64,000 nt of DNA from Candidatus Melainabacteria bacterium 17Bon1m (lineage in GTDB: Bacteria; Cyanobacteriota; Vampirovibrionia; Obscuribacterales; Obscuribacteraceae), in the NCBI GenBank assembly GCA_032128875.1, contig JAVLKG010000004.1:576001-640000 (forward strand), in the 5' to 3' direction. The position numbers were made by a program, and so were the translations under genes. The notes below the pieces were generated by a model. It made no database searches, was not told where the DNA came from, and saw nothing but the letters and a program-made list of their open reading frames with translations. This document shows positions 29,511 through 40,070 of the stretch, piece by piece (within the stretch, counting starts at the first letter, position 1; every line of letters begins with the position of its first letter).

Positions 29511-32500
29511 TTAGGTCTTTGCCTTTATCCATTGCATGACGTCTTCGTAGCCCCTTTGAAGCTCGTCCAGCGCGACGTTTGCTCTGTAGGTGTCCTTTTC
29601 CTTTGACGCGTGCTCCAAATTCAAACTCTGCGCATGCATTTGTTTTGCACCAATTACTGATGCAATTCCAGCCAGCTGATGAGCGACTCTGGCACTCTCG
29701 ACGAAATCATGCGCCAGGGCCGCGCGCTTGAGCAGGTTCATAAGGGATTCGGCTTCGTCTTTGAAGGTTTGGAATATCTCGCTCATTGCCTCTCGTCCGT
29801 ACTGCTCGTGCAACCATTGCATGTCCACAGGTGTGGGTGCAAAATCGTCCTGTAAATCATCGCGCGTCACTTCGCGAGGAATAGCAGTTAGCTGATCCAT
29901 TTCACTTACTTGAAAGCGCGCACTGTGAATCAGATCAGAGAAGGCAACTTCTTCATTGGACATGCTTACGAATTCTTTCTTCGGCATCGACTGTTCACTC
30001 ATCCAGCGCTTTATCAAAGACCGAATATCGTCGAGAGAGACAGGTTTTGTGAGAAACTCGTCCATGCCGGCAGCAAAACACTTTTCTCTGTCCTGTGGCA
30101 AAACTGAAGCTGTTAGCGCTACGATTGGCGTATGTCGATGTCCTCTTTCTTCAATCCGCCTTATCTGGCGTGTGGCTTCAAAGCCGTCCATGACAGGCAT
30201 TTGGCAATCCATGAGGATAAGGTCATAGTTGCTTCCGGCCGCACTGCTCACAGCTTCCATTCCGTCAGATGCGGTGGCGACCTCGACCCCCAATCGTTTA
30301 AGTTGACGCGTGGCTAATTCTCTGAGCGCCGGATTGTCTTCAACAAGAAGCACTGTTTTAGCGGACAAACGCATGATCGTCGCATTGGCGGCGTCCAGAG
30401 CCGGCAAATCTTCACGTGTTTCGACCTGCTGATCAAAGTCATTAGAAACAGAATGTAAGAAGTCGCCGAAACGAAATGGTTTAACCAGCACTTTGGCAAA
30501 TCCAGCTTCTTTCAGTTTTCTATGATATTCCTTTGAATCGATATGAGTTAGTGCAACCCAACGGACTTTATCTGCAAATTCGCTCGCATTTATTTCTTCA
30601 ATTTGAGTGCGCGGGTCGATTGCCCTATTTGACATATCGACGAAGAGTCTTATTGGGCGCGGACTTTGCTTAGCCATCTTTCTGACTATCCACTCAGCTT
30701 CATCTATAGAACCGGCGGCTTGGTGTTCTATACCGCGTGCATAGGAATACATCGTCAAAGCCTCAGATGTGAATCTGTCATTCGAGACAATGATTAGTCG
30801 CGTAGTTTCCGGCTCTACACGTTGCGGGGCGCCATGCTGGGCACCCAGATAATCGATGCCATCTGTTCTCAGTGTTGTTTTGAACCAGAAAGTAGAACCA
30901 GCACCTTCATGACTTTCAACTCCGATTTCTCCACCCATCAGCTCTACAAGGCTCTTGCTGATCGCCAGTCCAAGCCCTGTTCCTGCTGTCTGAGAATTCT
31001 TGCTGCTTCTCGCCTGACTGAAAGGCAAAAAGAGATTTCTCTTTGTTTCGTCCGTCAATCCACAACCCGTGTCGATCACTGACGCCGAGAATGTCACGCG
31101 TTGATCAGCTAATGAGAGCTTCTCAACTCGAATATGAACACCACCAGATTCAGTGAACTTAAGGGCATTACCGCAGAGATTCACCAATATTTGCCTTAAG
31201 CGTTTTGGATCGCCCTTCAGTATCAGAGGCAAAGAGGGATCGACAAAGGTAGAAAGTGACAAACCTTTGCTGCGAGCAGTCGTACCTAGCATCTCGGCTA
31301 CGTCTTCGACGAGCGTTCGCATGTCAAAACTTTCCGATGTCAGTTCAAGCTTCTTAGCCTCGATTTTTGAGAGATCCAATATGTCATTGACGATTCCCAG
31401 CAAATTGTAAGCAGAGCTGTGCAGCGTGTTTGCAAGTTTTCGCTGGTCTTCTTCCAAGTGTCCATCGAGGATAAGCTCAGCCATCCCAATAACGCTGCTT
31501 AGCGGTGTTCGTATCTCATGGCTCAGGCTGGCTATGAAATCGGACTTTGTTTTTGAAGACTCGATAGCACTTTCGCAGGCAGTCCTCAATTCGTCAGTCA
31601 AAAGCTTCAGACTGTCATTCTTCGAGCCTGCTTCTGTGATCTGCTCCAAGAGGGCTTTGTTTAGACAATTAACCTCATCTTCATGAGCCTTTCTATCGGA
31701 GATGTCGTGCATAAAAGCGCAAACAGTGCCGGTCTCCGCACTACCAACTGGAAAGACTGCCAGCTCTAGGGGAAACTCGTGTCCTTCTTTATGGAGGGCG
31801 ACCATTTCCACACGCGTGTTGAAGAATTGACTTTGCCCGGTGGCGACAAGTCGTGAAAGTCCTTCTTTATGAGCTTTTGCGTGCTTAGAAGGAATGATCG
31901 TTTCTTCGAGAGTTTTCCCTACTACTTCGGCTCTCGACCAACCGAAAGTCCTCTCTGCTTGAGGATTCCAATCGAGAATCCGCCCGCTTTTATCAATAGC
32001 GACAAAAGCATCGCACGCCTTGTCTAGTATCGAGCGAGTGCGATCGGCGCTTTCATGAAGAGCTGCACTGGCAAGTTTGCGCGCCATATCCAGGCGTCCT
32101 AATTGACGGCATGTGCGCCAGACGACCCAGAAAAATGCCGTGATCATGAAAGTAACCAACAAAATACTTCCGGCTTCGGCATTCACCAGACCAGAGCTTT
32201 CACCAACAACACGCATCCAGCCGAAAAGTATCGGAAGCCCGATTGCCGTCGGCAGCAAGGTCCTGGCCATCATTCCTCCGGCATCGCCATTGCTGATGAC
32301 GACCATTAGTCCTTCTCGTGGACGTGAGGAAAGAATGCCCAGACTCAAAACAAGAAAAGCGACGGCGGTCGGCAAAATCATGTAGTTAAAACTTTGCGGC
32401 GCCGAAAAATACTGCAGCTTATACGTATATCCAATTAAAGCTGAAATTGAAAAGAGCAGAGGTATAAAAGCAAGATGCTGAAACAGTCGAACCCGCCCCA

Positions 32501-33059
32501 ATGCCGGAGCGTCCATCAAAAGAAGCGAAAGACCGGCAGTGAGAATGCAGATTGCGTTGTTTGGAGCAAGAAGAACAGAGTTCGCGCCCTGTTGTGGATT
32601 AATAGACGAGTGGAAAAGAACTGCATCGAGATCCACGCTGAAAAATCCGCTGTAAGACCCAAGTGCGAACGCCCCTATGAGTATTGGCACGAGGGCTGTA
32701 ATCTGCGAGGCGGTCGCTGCCTTTTTGTCGGAAACACCCTTCAGCGAATAGAGAAGAGCTGCACCCAGAAAGAGCAGAGAAAGTGATCCAGTATTGGAAA
32801 CAGGGTAGTTGCCGGAAATCGGATTTTGCAAATACGGCTGATTCAAAAACCAGCCTGTCAAAGCCAAAACGCCAATGCCCATGGTGATAAAGGCGCACCA
32901 ATAGGAAAGAATCACAAATGCCTGGCTGACCTTTGCCGTACTGTCATCCGTCACGGGATTAAGACAGGGCGGTTCGGTCCACGGCACCGGAACTAATTCC
33001 GTCAGAGTGTCGAAAGGCCTTGATGGCGTTATCATTCGCGAATGCTCCTGGTAAGGCAC
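29511..33059 (-). CDS. membrane-bound hybrid sensor histidine kinase (TM-PAS-HisKA-HATPase-REC-Hpt)
   Basis: PAS WNPQAERTFGW...GHEFPLEL; SHEIRTPL; NLCGNALKFT; DTGCG; GTGLGLAI; REC LILMDCQMPVMDG; Hpt AHQLAG. Confidence 0.96.
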   Translation of the reverse strand: MPYQEHSRMITPSRPFDTLTELVPVPWTEPPCLNPVTDDSTAKVSQAFVILSYWCAFITMGIGVLALTGWFLNQPYLQNPISGNYPVSNTGSLSLLFLGAALLYSLKGVSDKKAATASQITALVPILIGAFALGSYSGFFSVDLDAVLFHSSINPQQGANSVLLAPNNAICILTAGLSLLLMDAPALGRVRLFQHLAFIPLLFSISALIGYTYKLQYFSAPQSFNYMILPTAVAFLVLSLGILSSRPREGLMVVISNGDAGGMMARTLLPTAIGLPILFGWMRVVGESSGLVNAEAGSILLVTFMITAFFWVVWRTCRQLGRLDMARKLASAALHESADRTRSILDKACDAFVAIDKSGRILDWNPQAERTFGWSRAEVVGKTLEETIIPSKHAKAHKEGLSRLVATGQSQFFNTRVEMVALHKEGHEFPLELAVFPVGSAETGTVCAFMHDISDRKAHEDEVNCLNKALLEQITEAGSKNDSLKLLTDELRTACESAIESSKTKSDFIASLSHEIRTPLSSVIGMAELILDGHLEEDQRKLANTLHSSAYNLLGIVNDILDLSKIEAKKLELTSESFDMRTLVEDVAEMLGTTARSKGLSLSTFVDPSLPLILKGDPKRLRQILVNLCGNALKFTESGGVHIRVEKLSLADQRVTFSASVIDTGCGLTDETKRNLFLPFSQARSSKNSQTAGTGLGLAISKSLVELMGGEIGVESHEGAGSTFWFKTTLRTDGIDYLGAQHGAPQRVEPETTRLIIVSNDRFTSEALTMYSYARGIEHQAAGSIDEAEWIVRKMAKQSPRPIRLFVDMSNRAIDPRTQIEEINASEFADKVRWVALTHIDSKEYHRKLKEAGFAKVLVKPFRFGDFLHSVSNDFDQQVETREDLPALDAANATIMRLSAKTVLLVEDNPALRELATRQLKRLGVEVATASDGMEAVSSAAGSNYDLILMDCQMPVMDGFEATRQIRRIEERGHRHTPIVALTASVLPQDREKCFAAGMDEFLTKPVSLDDIRSLIKRWMSEQSMPKKEFVSMSNEEVAFSDLIHSARFQVSEMDQLTAIPREVTRDDLQDDFAPTPVDMQWLHEQYGREAMSEIFQTFKDEAESLMNLLKRAALAHDFVESARVAHQLAGIASVIGAKQMHAQSLNLEHASKEKDTYRANVALDELQRGYEDVMQWIKAKT

Positions 33060-33188
33060 AGGCTTGAATTCGAAGCACCCCTCGTGCCTCTAAAGCCTGC
33101 TGAAGAACATTCACAAAAACCCCTTATTTACGAATATAGATCACATGCCCAGACTCGGCAACAAGATACCTGCAGCGAAGAATATTTA

Positions 33189-34082
33189 TCAGGCGCGAGC
33201 TCGGATTGGAGTTACATTTTCCTCTTCGTCGTAATTGACACCAGTCATACCGAACAAACCGCGTATTACAGAAGCACTGGTACTGGCTTTCAGCCTTTGC
33301 AGGGTAGATTCTGCACGATCGCACACATAGGGATTTTCATCATCGACAAGCATTTCCAGAACGGAAATACCGAGGTGATAGCATTCGGCCAGTGAAAGTC
33401 GAACATCAATGCTTTCGTCACTAAGGAGCCTGAGAACAGCTTCTTTAGGAGTGTTTGCATTGTCCACTACCTGAGCGCGCACTTCTGCAGATGAATGTTG
33501 CGCCAGTTCCATCAGTACAAAACCAGGCGTATGAGGATGGTCGATCAAGCGTAACGCGGTATGCACAGAGAGGTCTCTCCATGCCCTTCCGACCGCTCTT
33601 AGCTGCTCGGTGGCTTCATCTACCTCGGTAGCAGACTCTTCTTGAATTTCCGCTTCTTCGGCGCTCAAGAAATGAACAGACTTCCAGGTGTCGAACGAAC
33701 CAGTTTCAGTAGACGCATGCAGACTGGCTTTCAGACCAAATACCGGTATTTCTTCGGTTATAGACCGTGTTAGCATTTCAGCAACTGGTGTTTCCTCTTG
33801 AGCAAGATTCTCTGTTTCATCCACAGGAAACAATTTTCCGCGCACAAAATCCTTGCAGATTTCCTCAGTTTCTTTGTCTTGATGCAGTGCTTCTCCCCTT
33901 CGTGCCCGCGCTAGAAATTCACCAGAAGCTATAGATGCCTCCATTCCCTTTTCTTTTTGGCTGATAGCGTGCAGCCGTTCGCGTTCTGCAGATTCGAGGT
34001 CGGACGATTTCACACCTGTGAAAATCCTTTCCAGGTTGTAGAAAGCGTCTTTAAAGGCGTTATTTAGAGAGTTCAATAACAT
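33189..34082 (-). CDS. hypothetical protein with C-terminal LRV/HEAT-like repeats
   Basis: HPHTP...VRAQVVDNANTP...DESIDVRLSLAE...DENPYV; ggagg RBS. Confidence 0.8.
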   Translation of the reverse strand: MLLNSLNNAFKDAFYNLERIFTGVKSSDLESAERERLHAISQKEKGMEASIASGEFLARARRGEALHQDKETEEICKDFVRGKLFPVDETENLAQEETPVAEMLTRSITEEIPVFGLKASLHASTETGSFDTWKSVHFLSAEEAEIQEESATEVDEATEQLRAVGRAWRDLSVHTALRLIDHPHTPGFVLMELAQHSSAEVRAQVVDNANTPKEAVLRLLSDESIDVRLSLAECYHLGISVLEMLVDDENPYVCDRAESTLQRLKASTSASVIRGLFGMTGVNYDEEENVTPIRARA

Positions 34083-34399
34083 TACTTACCTCCTGCACGC
34101 AAACATGCGTGTCAAAGAAGCTTCAATACCGCGGATATCAGTTAAACCACCAAGTAGATTTAGCATGGCAATGTGAATACCTCTCACGTTGCCCACGCTG
34201 AGTTGCTCATGTTTCGCTCATGATGCCTTGCCGAAGCCACTCTTGGTTAGCTTCGTGATTGAGACTTTCAGTTTTTTTCTCGTTATTTCCATTATGCCCA
34301 ATGGCGACAAGCGGCAACAATAATTGCCGGTTATTGTAAAGAATGTGAAAAAAGCTCCCTCGCGAGAGTGAGTTTTGATGCGGTTTTGCCAACAGGTGC

Positions 34400-35710
34400 T
34401 TAGAATCGCGTACCAGTCATTTGCATTGCGACGAAGCCACCCGCGGTAACTAGAATGAGTATCAAGACGAGGATGATGATCATCTTCGGGCTTTCATAGA
34501 ACGGCTTGGCTGCGGCATTTGGCTTTGACACAGCAGGAACGATTCCGGACTTGTCTTTGATTTGAGTTCCGGTTTGCACCTGCAAACTTTTGTTGTGCAC
34601 CGAGCTCGGTGCTTCTTTCAATTTCATAGATTCTGCGCCGGCATTGATACGCGCTTTCGACAAATCCTGCCCCCCGCGCTCTGCAGGCTGCATACTCGTA
34701 ACAGTAGAGCGCGGTGCTGCGGGCTTTCTGTTGGCCAAAATCTTGCCTACATGCACAAGCGCATCTCTAAACTCTTCCATCGACTGATAGCGATTGTCCG
34801 GTTTCTTCTCGAGCGCCCTGAAGACAATCGTTTCCACTTCTTTCGGCAACTGCAGATCCGGTCGAATTTCAGCAAACGGTTTTGGCGTTTCTCGCACCTG
34901 CATCTCCATCGTCTCAACGATGGTTTTGCCCATCAAAGCCGGATATCCTGTCAGAGACTCGTAGACCATGGTGCCCATCGAATAAATGTCGGAGCGAGCA
35001 TCAAGGATGTGCCCCATGCATTGCTCTGGACTCATGTAAATCGGACTGCCGAATATCTCACCGGTTTGGGTGAGGTTTTGCGATTGGCGCCCGGAGTTGG
35101 GAAGTAGTTTCGCAATACCGAAATCCACTACTTTCGCGACATCGGACTTACCTTCTTCATCGACAAGCATGATATTGCTCGACTTCAAATCGCGGTGGAT
35201 TACTCCGTGACGGTGCGCATGCGCAAGAGCATCGGTAGCCTGAATAAAGATTTTGATTGCACGCTCGCACTCGACCTGATTGTCTCGACGAATGATGTCC
35301 GAAAGACTCTCACCAACGAGGAAGTCCATTACCAAGTATGGGCGTCCGTCATGAATACCGAAGTCGTAAATCTTGATGATATTTTCGTGCTTGAGAAGAC
35401 TTGCGGCTTGTGCTTCTTGCTGAAAACGCTTTACTGAAGTCGGATCCGAGACCAACTGCGACTGCAAAATTTTGATCGCAACTTCGCGATCGACAAATTC
35501 CTGAACGCCTTTATACACAACGCTCATTCCGCCGCGACCGATCTCATTGAGGACACGGTATTTCTCGGCAAGAACTGCATTGAGCAGAGTGTCTTCTTGA
35601 ACAAGCATCAGCAAAGTGGAATCGACGTCGCAAATTACCGATTGAATCGGAAACTCACGTTGACACTTTGGACAACGTTTTTTCTTTGCTTTTTGTGCGC
35701 CTTCTGCCAC
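34400..35710 (-). CDS. Hanks-type Ser/Thr protein kinase with N-terminal zinc-ribbon-like motif and C-terminal TM anchor
   Basis: CPKC..C, IGRGGMSVVY, VAIK, HRDLKSSNIM, DFGIAK, GSPIYMSPEQ; hydrophobic C-terminus. Confidence 0.96.
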   Translation of the reverse strand: MAEGAQKAKKKRCPKCQREFPIQSVICDVDSTLLMLVQEDTLLNAVLAEKYRVLNEIGRGGMSVVYKGVQEFVDREVAIKILQSQLVSDPTSVKRFQQEAQAASLLKHENIIKIYDFGIHDGRPYLVMDFLVGESLSDIIRRDNQVECERAIKIFIQATDALAHAHRHGVIHRDLKSSNIMLVDEEGKSDVAKVVDFGIAKLLPNSGRQSQNLTQTGEIFGSPIYMSPEQCMGHILDARSDIYSMGTMVYESLTGYPALMGKTIVETMEMQVRETPKPFAEIRPDLQLPKEVETIVFRALEKKPDNRYQSMEEFRDALVHVGKILANRKPAAPRSTVTSMQPAERGGQDLSKARINAGAESMKLKEAPSSVHNKSLQVQTGTQIKDKSGIVPAVSKPNAAAKPFYESPKMIIILVLILILVTAGGFVAMQMTGTRF

Positions 35711-35857
35711 GCTTGCTCTTACCTGTCAGGTAGTCGCTTGGAATTAATAGGGTCATCGCGCCCAAGCTCAGGCAATGATAGCAAAGCTTGTTTATACATA
35801 TAAGTGACAAATAGACCGGCGCCGCCCAGCGCTTGATAACATCGAAAAACAGACCTG

Positions 35858-36208
35858 TCAGTCTTTTACAGAATCCTTGGCAACAATTTCTACCGCATTT
35901 CCGGCTGAGTCGGCGATGTAAATCGAGCGGGTGCCGTCTCTGTGGGTTTTCAGGTTGCCAAACTGGTCGGCATTCTCGTGAAGAAAGGCGAGATGGGGCG
36001 GATGCTGATTTGGGACAACCAGCGCCAGCTTGATATTCTCAAAGCGCAAAAACGCCCAGGTCTTGTCCTGATATTCGATTTCGCATTTGAAAGTCTCTCT
36101 ATACCAGTCCACCGCCTTGGCGACATCGTCCACTGCAATCGCCACGTGGTCGATTTTGTCCAACAAATCCAAGTTGGAGGCGTCCTGTCTGTCTTTAGTA
36201 TTGGTCAT
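35858..36208 (-). CDS. VOC/glyoxalase family protein
   Basis: IDHVAIAVDDV..AVDWY, HLAF, SIYIADSAGNAVEI. Confidence 0.9.
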   Translation of the reverse strand: MTNTKDRQDASNLDLLDKIDHVAIAVDDVAKAVDWYRETFKCEIEYQDKTWAFLRFENIKLALVVPNQHPPHLAFLHENADQFGNLKTHRDGTRSIYIADSAGNAVEIVAKDSVKD

Positions 36209-36368
36209 GGTGAGCTCGGTCAATTTTGTGATCGCCATTATTTTGGCAGAAATCACAGGTTTCTATGATTAAGCCATAGACACGCTAATGCAGGAAGACA
36301 GCGAAGGGTGGATACTGGAACTGTTAACTGAAATTGTTATCTGCACTTGCGATCGCAGCGGAGGTGTC

Positions 36369-36818
36369 TTGAGACGAATATTGCCTTGCGCATTGGCTGC
36401 AGTTTTCCTCACGGCGATGGCATTGCCCGCATTCACTCAAAACAATCTTTCCGCGCGCGAGCAGTGGGCACAGACTCATGAGTCCGGTCAGAGAGCTCTC
36501 GACTCAGGAAATTTCGATCAGGCGGAGTCCATTTTCAAAACGGCTCTGGCGCAAGCAAGAGGGCTTGGATATGCCGGTCCGCTAGCCACAAGTCTGTACC
36601 ACCTGGGCAAAGTCTATTATCTGAAAAAACAATATCCAGAGGCTGAAGCCAACTTCAAAGAGGCTCTGGAAATATACGACGAGCAACCCAGGCGCAACAG
36701 CACTGTTTTGATGCAGCTAGTAAAAGACTATGCAAAAATGCTCAGAGAAACTGGACGGGAGCCGGAAGCTGCCGAGCAGGAAGCGCGCATCAAATCGCCT
36801 GAGCATAGATCGAATTAG
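36369..36818 (+). CDS. small exported TPR protein
   Basis: ggagg RBS before TTG 36369, signal peptide, LATSLYHLGKVYY...YPEAEANFKEALEI. Confidence 0.85.
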   Translation: MRRILPCALAAVFLTAMALPAFTQNNLSAREQWAQTHESGQRALDSGNFDQAESIFKTALAQARGLGYAGPLATSLYHLGKVYYLKKQYPEAEANFKEALEIYDEQPRRNSTVLMQLVKDYAKMLRETGREPEAAEQEARIKSPEHRSN

Positions 36819-36904
36819 CTCCATCACCTTGAATACTCCTGCCGTTATGCTTCCTAGCTTCCAAGGCTTGCTAATATTAGAGCGCTTCCGCTCTTAGAAA
36901 TTTC

Positions 36905-37597
36905 ATGGCCAAAATCCTCATAATCGAAGACGACAAAAAGCTGGCTGAAGGCGTTATCGACTGGCTGGCGATGGAAAAACACACTGTAGACCATGCCGAA
37001 AGCGGTGAAGATGGACTGCAGCTTCTGTCCAATTTCTCCTACGACCTCGTCATCCTCGACTGGAATTTGCCTGGAATTGACGGGCTTGAGGTTTGCAGGA
37101 GACTTCGCGCCGAAGGAAGTGAGCTGCCGATTCTATTTCTGACGGCCCAAGCAAAAGTCGAGAACGTGGAAACAGGGCTCGATGCCGGTGCTGATGATTA
37201 TTTGCAAAAGCCGTTTCAGGTGCGCGAACTTTCAGCACGCATTCGCAGTCTCATGCGGCGTCCAAAAGGACTGCTGACCAATACGGTTACCGCTGGTTAT
37301 CTAACTGTAGAACTGGATAGCCATTACGTCTTAATTGGTGACAAACGAATCAGCCTCACACCAAAAGAGTTTGCGCTGCTCGAGTATTTTATTCGCAATC
37401 CCAACAAGTTCTTCAGCAGCAAAGCTCTACTGGCTGCAGTCTGGCCTTCGGATAGTGAGAGTGCAGAAGAGTCGGTGCGGACGATTATGTTTCACCTGCG
37501 CAAAAAAATTACGCCCCAGGGCGAGAATTGTTTGATCAAGACCGTTCAAGGTTCCGGTTACATTTACGAAACCGATTCAGCAGGCACGAAAGCCTGA
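36905..37597 (+). CDS. OmpR/PhoB family response regulator
   Basis: ILIIEDD, LVILDWNLP, GADDYLQKPF, LTPKEFALL, IKTVQGSGY. Confidence 0.96.
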   Translation: MAKILIIEDDKKLAEGVIDWLAMEKHTVDHAESGEDGLQLLSNFSYDLVILDWNLPGIDGLEVCRRLRAEGSELPILFLTAQAKVENVETGLDAGADDYLQKPFQVRELSARIRSLMRRPKGLLTNTVTAGYLTVELDSHYVLIGDKRISLTPKEFALLEYFIRNPNKFFSSKALLAAVWPSDSESAEESVRTIMFHLRKKITPQGENCLIKTVQGSGYIYETDSAGTKA

Positions 37598-37619
37598 TAC
37601 TGCATTTGATGGCAGGCAA

Positions 37620-38486
37620 TCAAGGCAGCTCGATCATAGTTCGAACGTGCCAGAGGTCGGGGAAACAGCGTTTCGTGAGCGTAGATCGCAAATATCCTAC
37701 GCCTTCACTGCCGCCAGTGCCTTGTTTGAATCCGATAATGCGCTCCACAACAGTGACGTGGTGCATGCGCCAGAGCGCAATGTTTTCATCCAGATCGACC
37801 AGAGTTTCTGCTAACTCGTAAATGTCATAATATTTTTCCGGCTCCTGATAAACCTTGCGGAGCTCTTTGACTCGCTGGCTATGCGCTTTTTGACATTCTT
37901 CAGAACCATCCTCTTCGATTTGATGTGCGACATCGAAGCCTCGGTCAATCAGTAATTTCCAAAACGCATCGGCAAGTGTTGGTTCGTCCAAACGCTTTTG
38001 CATTTGAGCGAGTGCCTCTGGTTCGTTGGTGAAAAACTGCAACAGGCGCGCCTCTTTCATACCGGCGGCGAACTCAATTTCTCTGAATTGAGAAGATTGA
38101 AAACCAGACGCCGGGTTCAATTTAGATCTAAATCCAAGGAAATCGACAGGCATCATCGTTTCTAAAATATGAATCTGATTGACCAGTACTTCTCTGAATA
38201 TCGTTGAAACACGGCGCATGAACCATGTGGCGCGAGGTACGTTTCCGGCTGCCAGTTGTCTCATGCTTTCGTCAATTTCATGCAAAATCAGTTTGAACCA
38301 GAGTTCGTAAGTCTGGTGAATGATGATGAAGAGTGGCTCGTCGTGATGAGCGGGATTTGACTGACAGACCTGCAGCTCTTTGATTTCCTTGATTTTCAAG
38401 TAATTGTTATAGCTAAGAGCGCCTGAGCCATAAGGGCAAATGCCCAAATGGTGTTTCTTCGCATCGGTATCCATTTCACTTGTCAT
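37620..38486 (-). CDS. kynA: tryptophan 2,3-dioxygenase
   Basis: Y.NYLK, HHDEPLFIIIHQTYELWFK, PASGFQS.QFREIEF, WRMHH..VVERIIG.KQGTGGSEGVGYL. Confidence 0.96.
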   Translation of the reverse strand: MTSEMDTDAKKHHLGICPYGSGALSYNNYLKIKEIKELQVCQSNPAHHDEPLFIIIHQTYELWFKLILHEIDESMRQLAAGNVPRATWFMRRVSTIFREVLVNQIHILETMMPVDFLGFRSKLNPASGFQSSQFREIEFAAGMKEARLLQFFTNEPEALAQMQKRLDEPTLADAFWKLLIDRGFDVAHQIEEDGSEECQKAHSQRVKELRKVYQEPEKYYDIYELAETLVDLDENIALWRMHHVTVVERIIGFKQGTGGSEGVGYLRSTLTKRCFPDLWHVRTMIELP

Positions 38487-39807
38487 TGCTTTCTCCCGAC
38501 GTTGGCACTGCAGGTTTTTCTTCTTTCTTCGGCTCTACTTTCGTTTCTGGTTTCGGTGCTGTTTTACTTTCTGCTTTAGATTCTTGAGGCTTTTTATCAA
38601 GGTCTGGCGCCGGCTTCAGTTCAGTGTCAGCCGAGGGCGTATCCCCCTTTTCCTCTGCCTTTGGTTTGGTTTCATTCCTAGGCTCCGGCTTAGCCTCAGG
38701 CTGAGATTTTTTTGCCTTCTCTTTCTTTGCCTTTTGAGGTTTCTTCTTTTCTAACGCCTGCATTGGTTTGCCAGCAACCAGAGGCAACGACACATCAGTA
38801 TCCAAGCGTGTGCCTTCCGCTATCGCAGCGAATGTGGCCGGCTTGTTGCTCGAATATTTGTAGGCCAGTGCACAGGAGATAAATGCGTTTTTGGCCTTCT
38901 TTATCAAAGCGGGAAATGAAATTTGATATGTTTCGACATTGATTGCCTCTGGGCTTACATGAAACAACCGATAAGCGCATGGATAGACAGCAAGACTCGG
39001 TGAGGAAACGTACCAGATATTGTTTTCTTGCTGGACTTTGCTCGTATGCACGTGCCCACTAACAGCAAGGCGTACATATTTTGACGTGGCGAAAATCTCT
39101 CGCGCATTTGCACCGTTTGGCACCGTGTAATCATCCCAGGGCGGGCCGGAATCATAGGGAGATGGCGGCAAAAGCGGGTGATGAGAGAAAACGATAGTGA
39201 ACCGCCGCTGGTGCAGTTTTAAATCTTCCTTCAACCACTCACCTTGAGCGCGACCAAAATCTCCAGTATTGGAATTAGTGCGGCTGGTGTCGAGTCCTAT
39301 GATGTGCACGCCGTCCACAGGATCCTGCGACCAATAAGACTTGGTTGATTCAATGCCTTTGCCTTTCCAGTCAGGACCATAAGTGCGCATTTTGTCCACC
39401 GGAGCAATACCGGATACATCTGATTCACCCAAGACGAAATTCCAGGGCTTGTTCAGGCTCTGGGCAACATCAATGAAGAGCTGCCAATTGGTATCGTCTC
39501 GTCCAGGACCCTCGACGTTGTCGCCGCCGAAGATAGTAAAGTCGACATTCTTCTCATTTAAGCTCTTGACCACATCCTGCAAGAAGAGCTGACTTTCCTG
39601 CAGCATCTTGTAACTGTCAGGCTGTCCTATGCACAGGTGCGCATCAGTCACATAGCCAAAGGTGAATGGCTCGAAAAGTCCGACCGCTGCCTTGGCTTCT
39701 TGGGTCAGTCCAAGACAGCTAACCCCTGCCAGTCCGAAGAGAAATCGGCGCCGGCTCATCATTGACAGACTTTTCGCTTTATCTTGGTAATTTGAAGAAG
39801 AATCCAA
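38476..39807 (-). CDS. Tat-exported calcineurin-like metallophosphoesterase (CpdA/Icc-like) with Lys/Pro/Glu-rich tail
   Basis: SRRRFL twin-arginine motif; DAH, GGDN, HHP and GHVH motifs; GNHD replaced by GESD; start uncertain (TTG 39807 or ATG 39762). Confidence 0.88.
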   Translation of the reverse strand: MDSSSNYQDKAKSLSMMSRRRFLFGLAGVSCLGLTQEAKAAVGLFEPFTFGYVTDAHLCIGQPDSYKMLQESQLFLQDVVKSLNEKNVDFTIFGGDNVEGPGRDDTNWQLFIDVAQSLNKPWNFVLGESDVSGIAPVDKMRTYGPDWKGKGIESTKSYWSQDPVDGVHIIGLDTSRTNSNTGDFGRAQGEWLKEDLKLHQRRFTIVFSHHPLLPPSPYDSGPPWDDYTVPNGANAREIFATSKYVRLAVSGHVHTSKVQQENNIWYVSSPSLAVYPCAYRLFHVSPEAINVETYQISFPALIKKAKNAFISCALAYKYSSNKPATFAAIAEGTRLDTDVSLPLVAGKPMQALEKKKPQKAKKEKAKKSQPEAKPEPRNETKPKAEEKGDTPSADTELKPAPDLDKKPQESKAESKTAPKPETKVEPKKEEKPAVPTSGESNDK

Positions 39808-40070
39808 GGTGTGTCCCTTTCCAACAGTCCGGCGGAAATATGAATGCTTCCAGTCCGGTCCAGAACATACAGCCATCACTTTATAGCGAATGTCCTCTAC
39901 TTAGCTAATACAAAGCCAGGGACCATCGCATAGTTAGTTACTTTTTAGGCCGCGAGAACCTTCCTTACGACAGATGCGCAGGTTCGGGCGATTATCAGGA
40001 TGTATACTCATTTGCCTGGCGCGCCCATTGAGCAGCTCCCTGCCTGGGAGAACTCGTATTAGATAGGACT

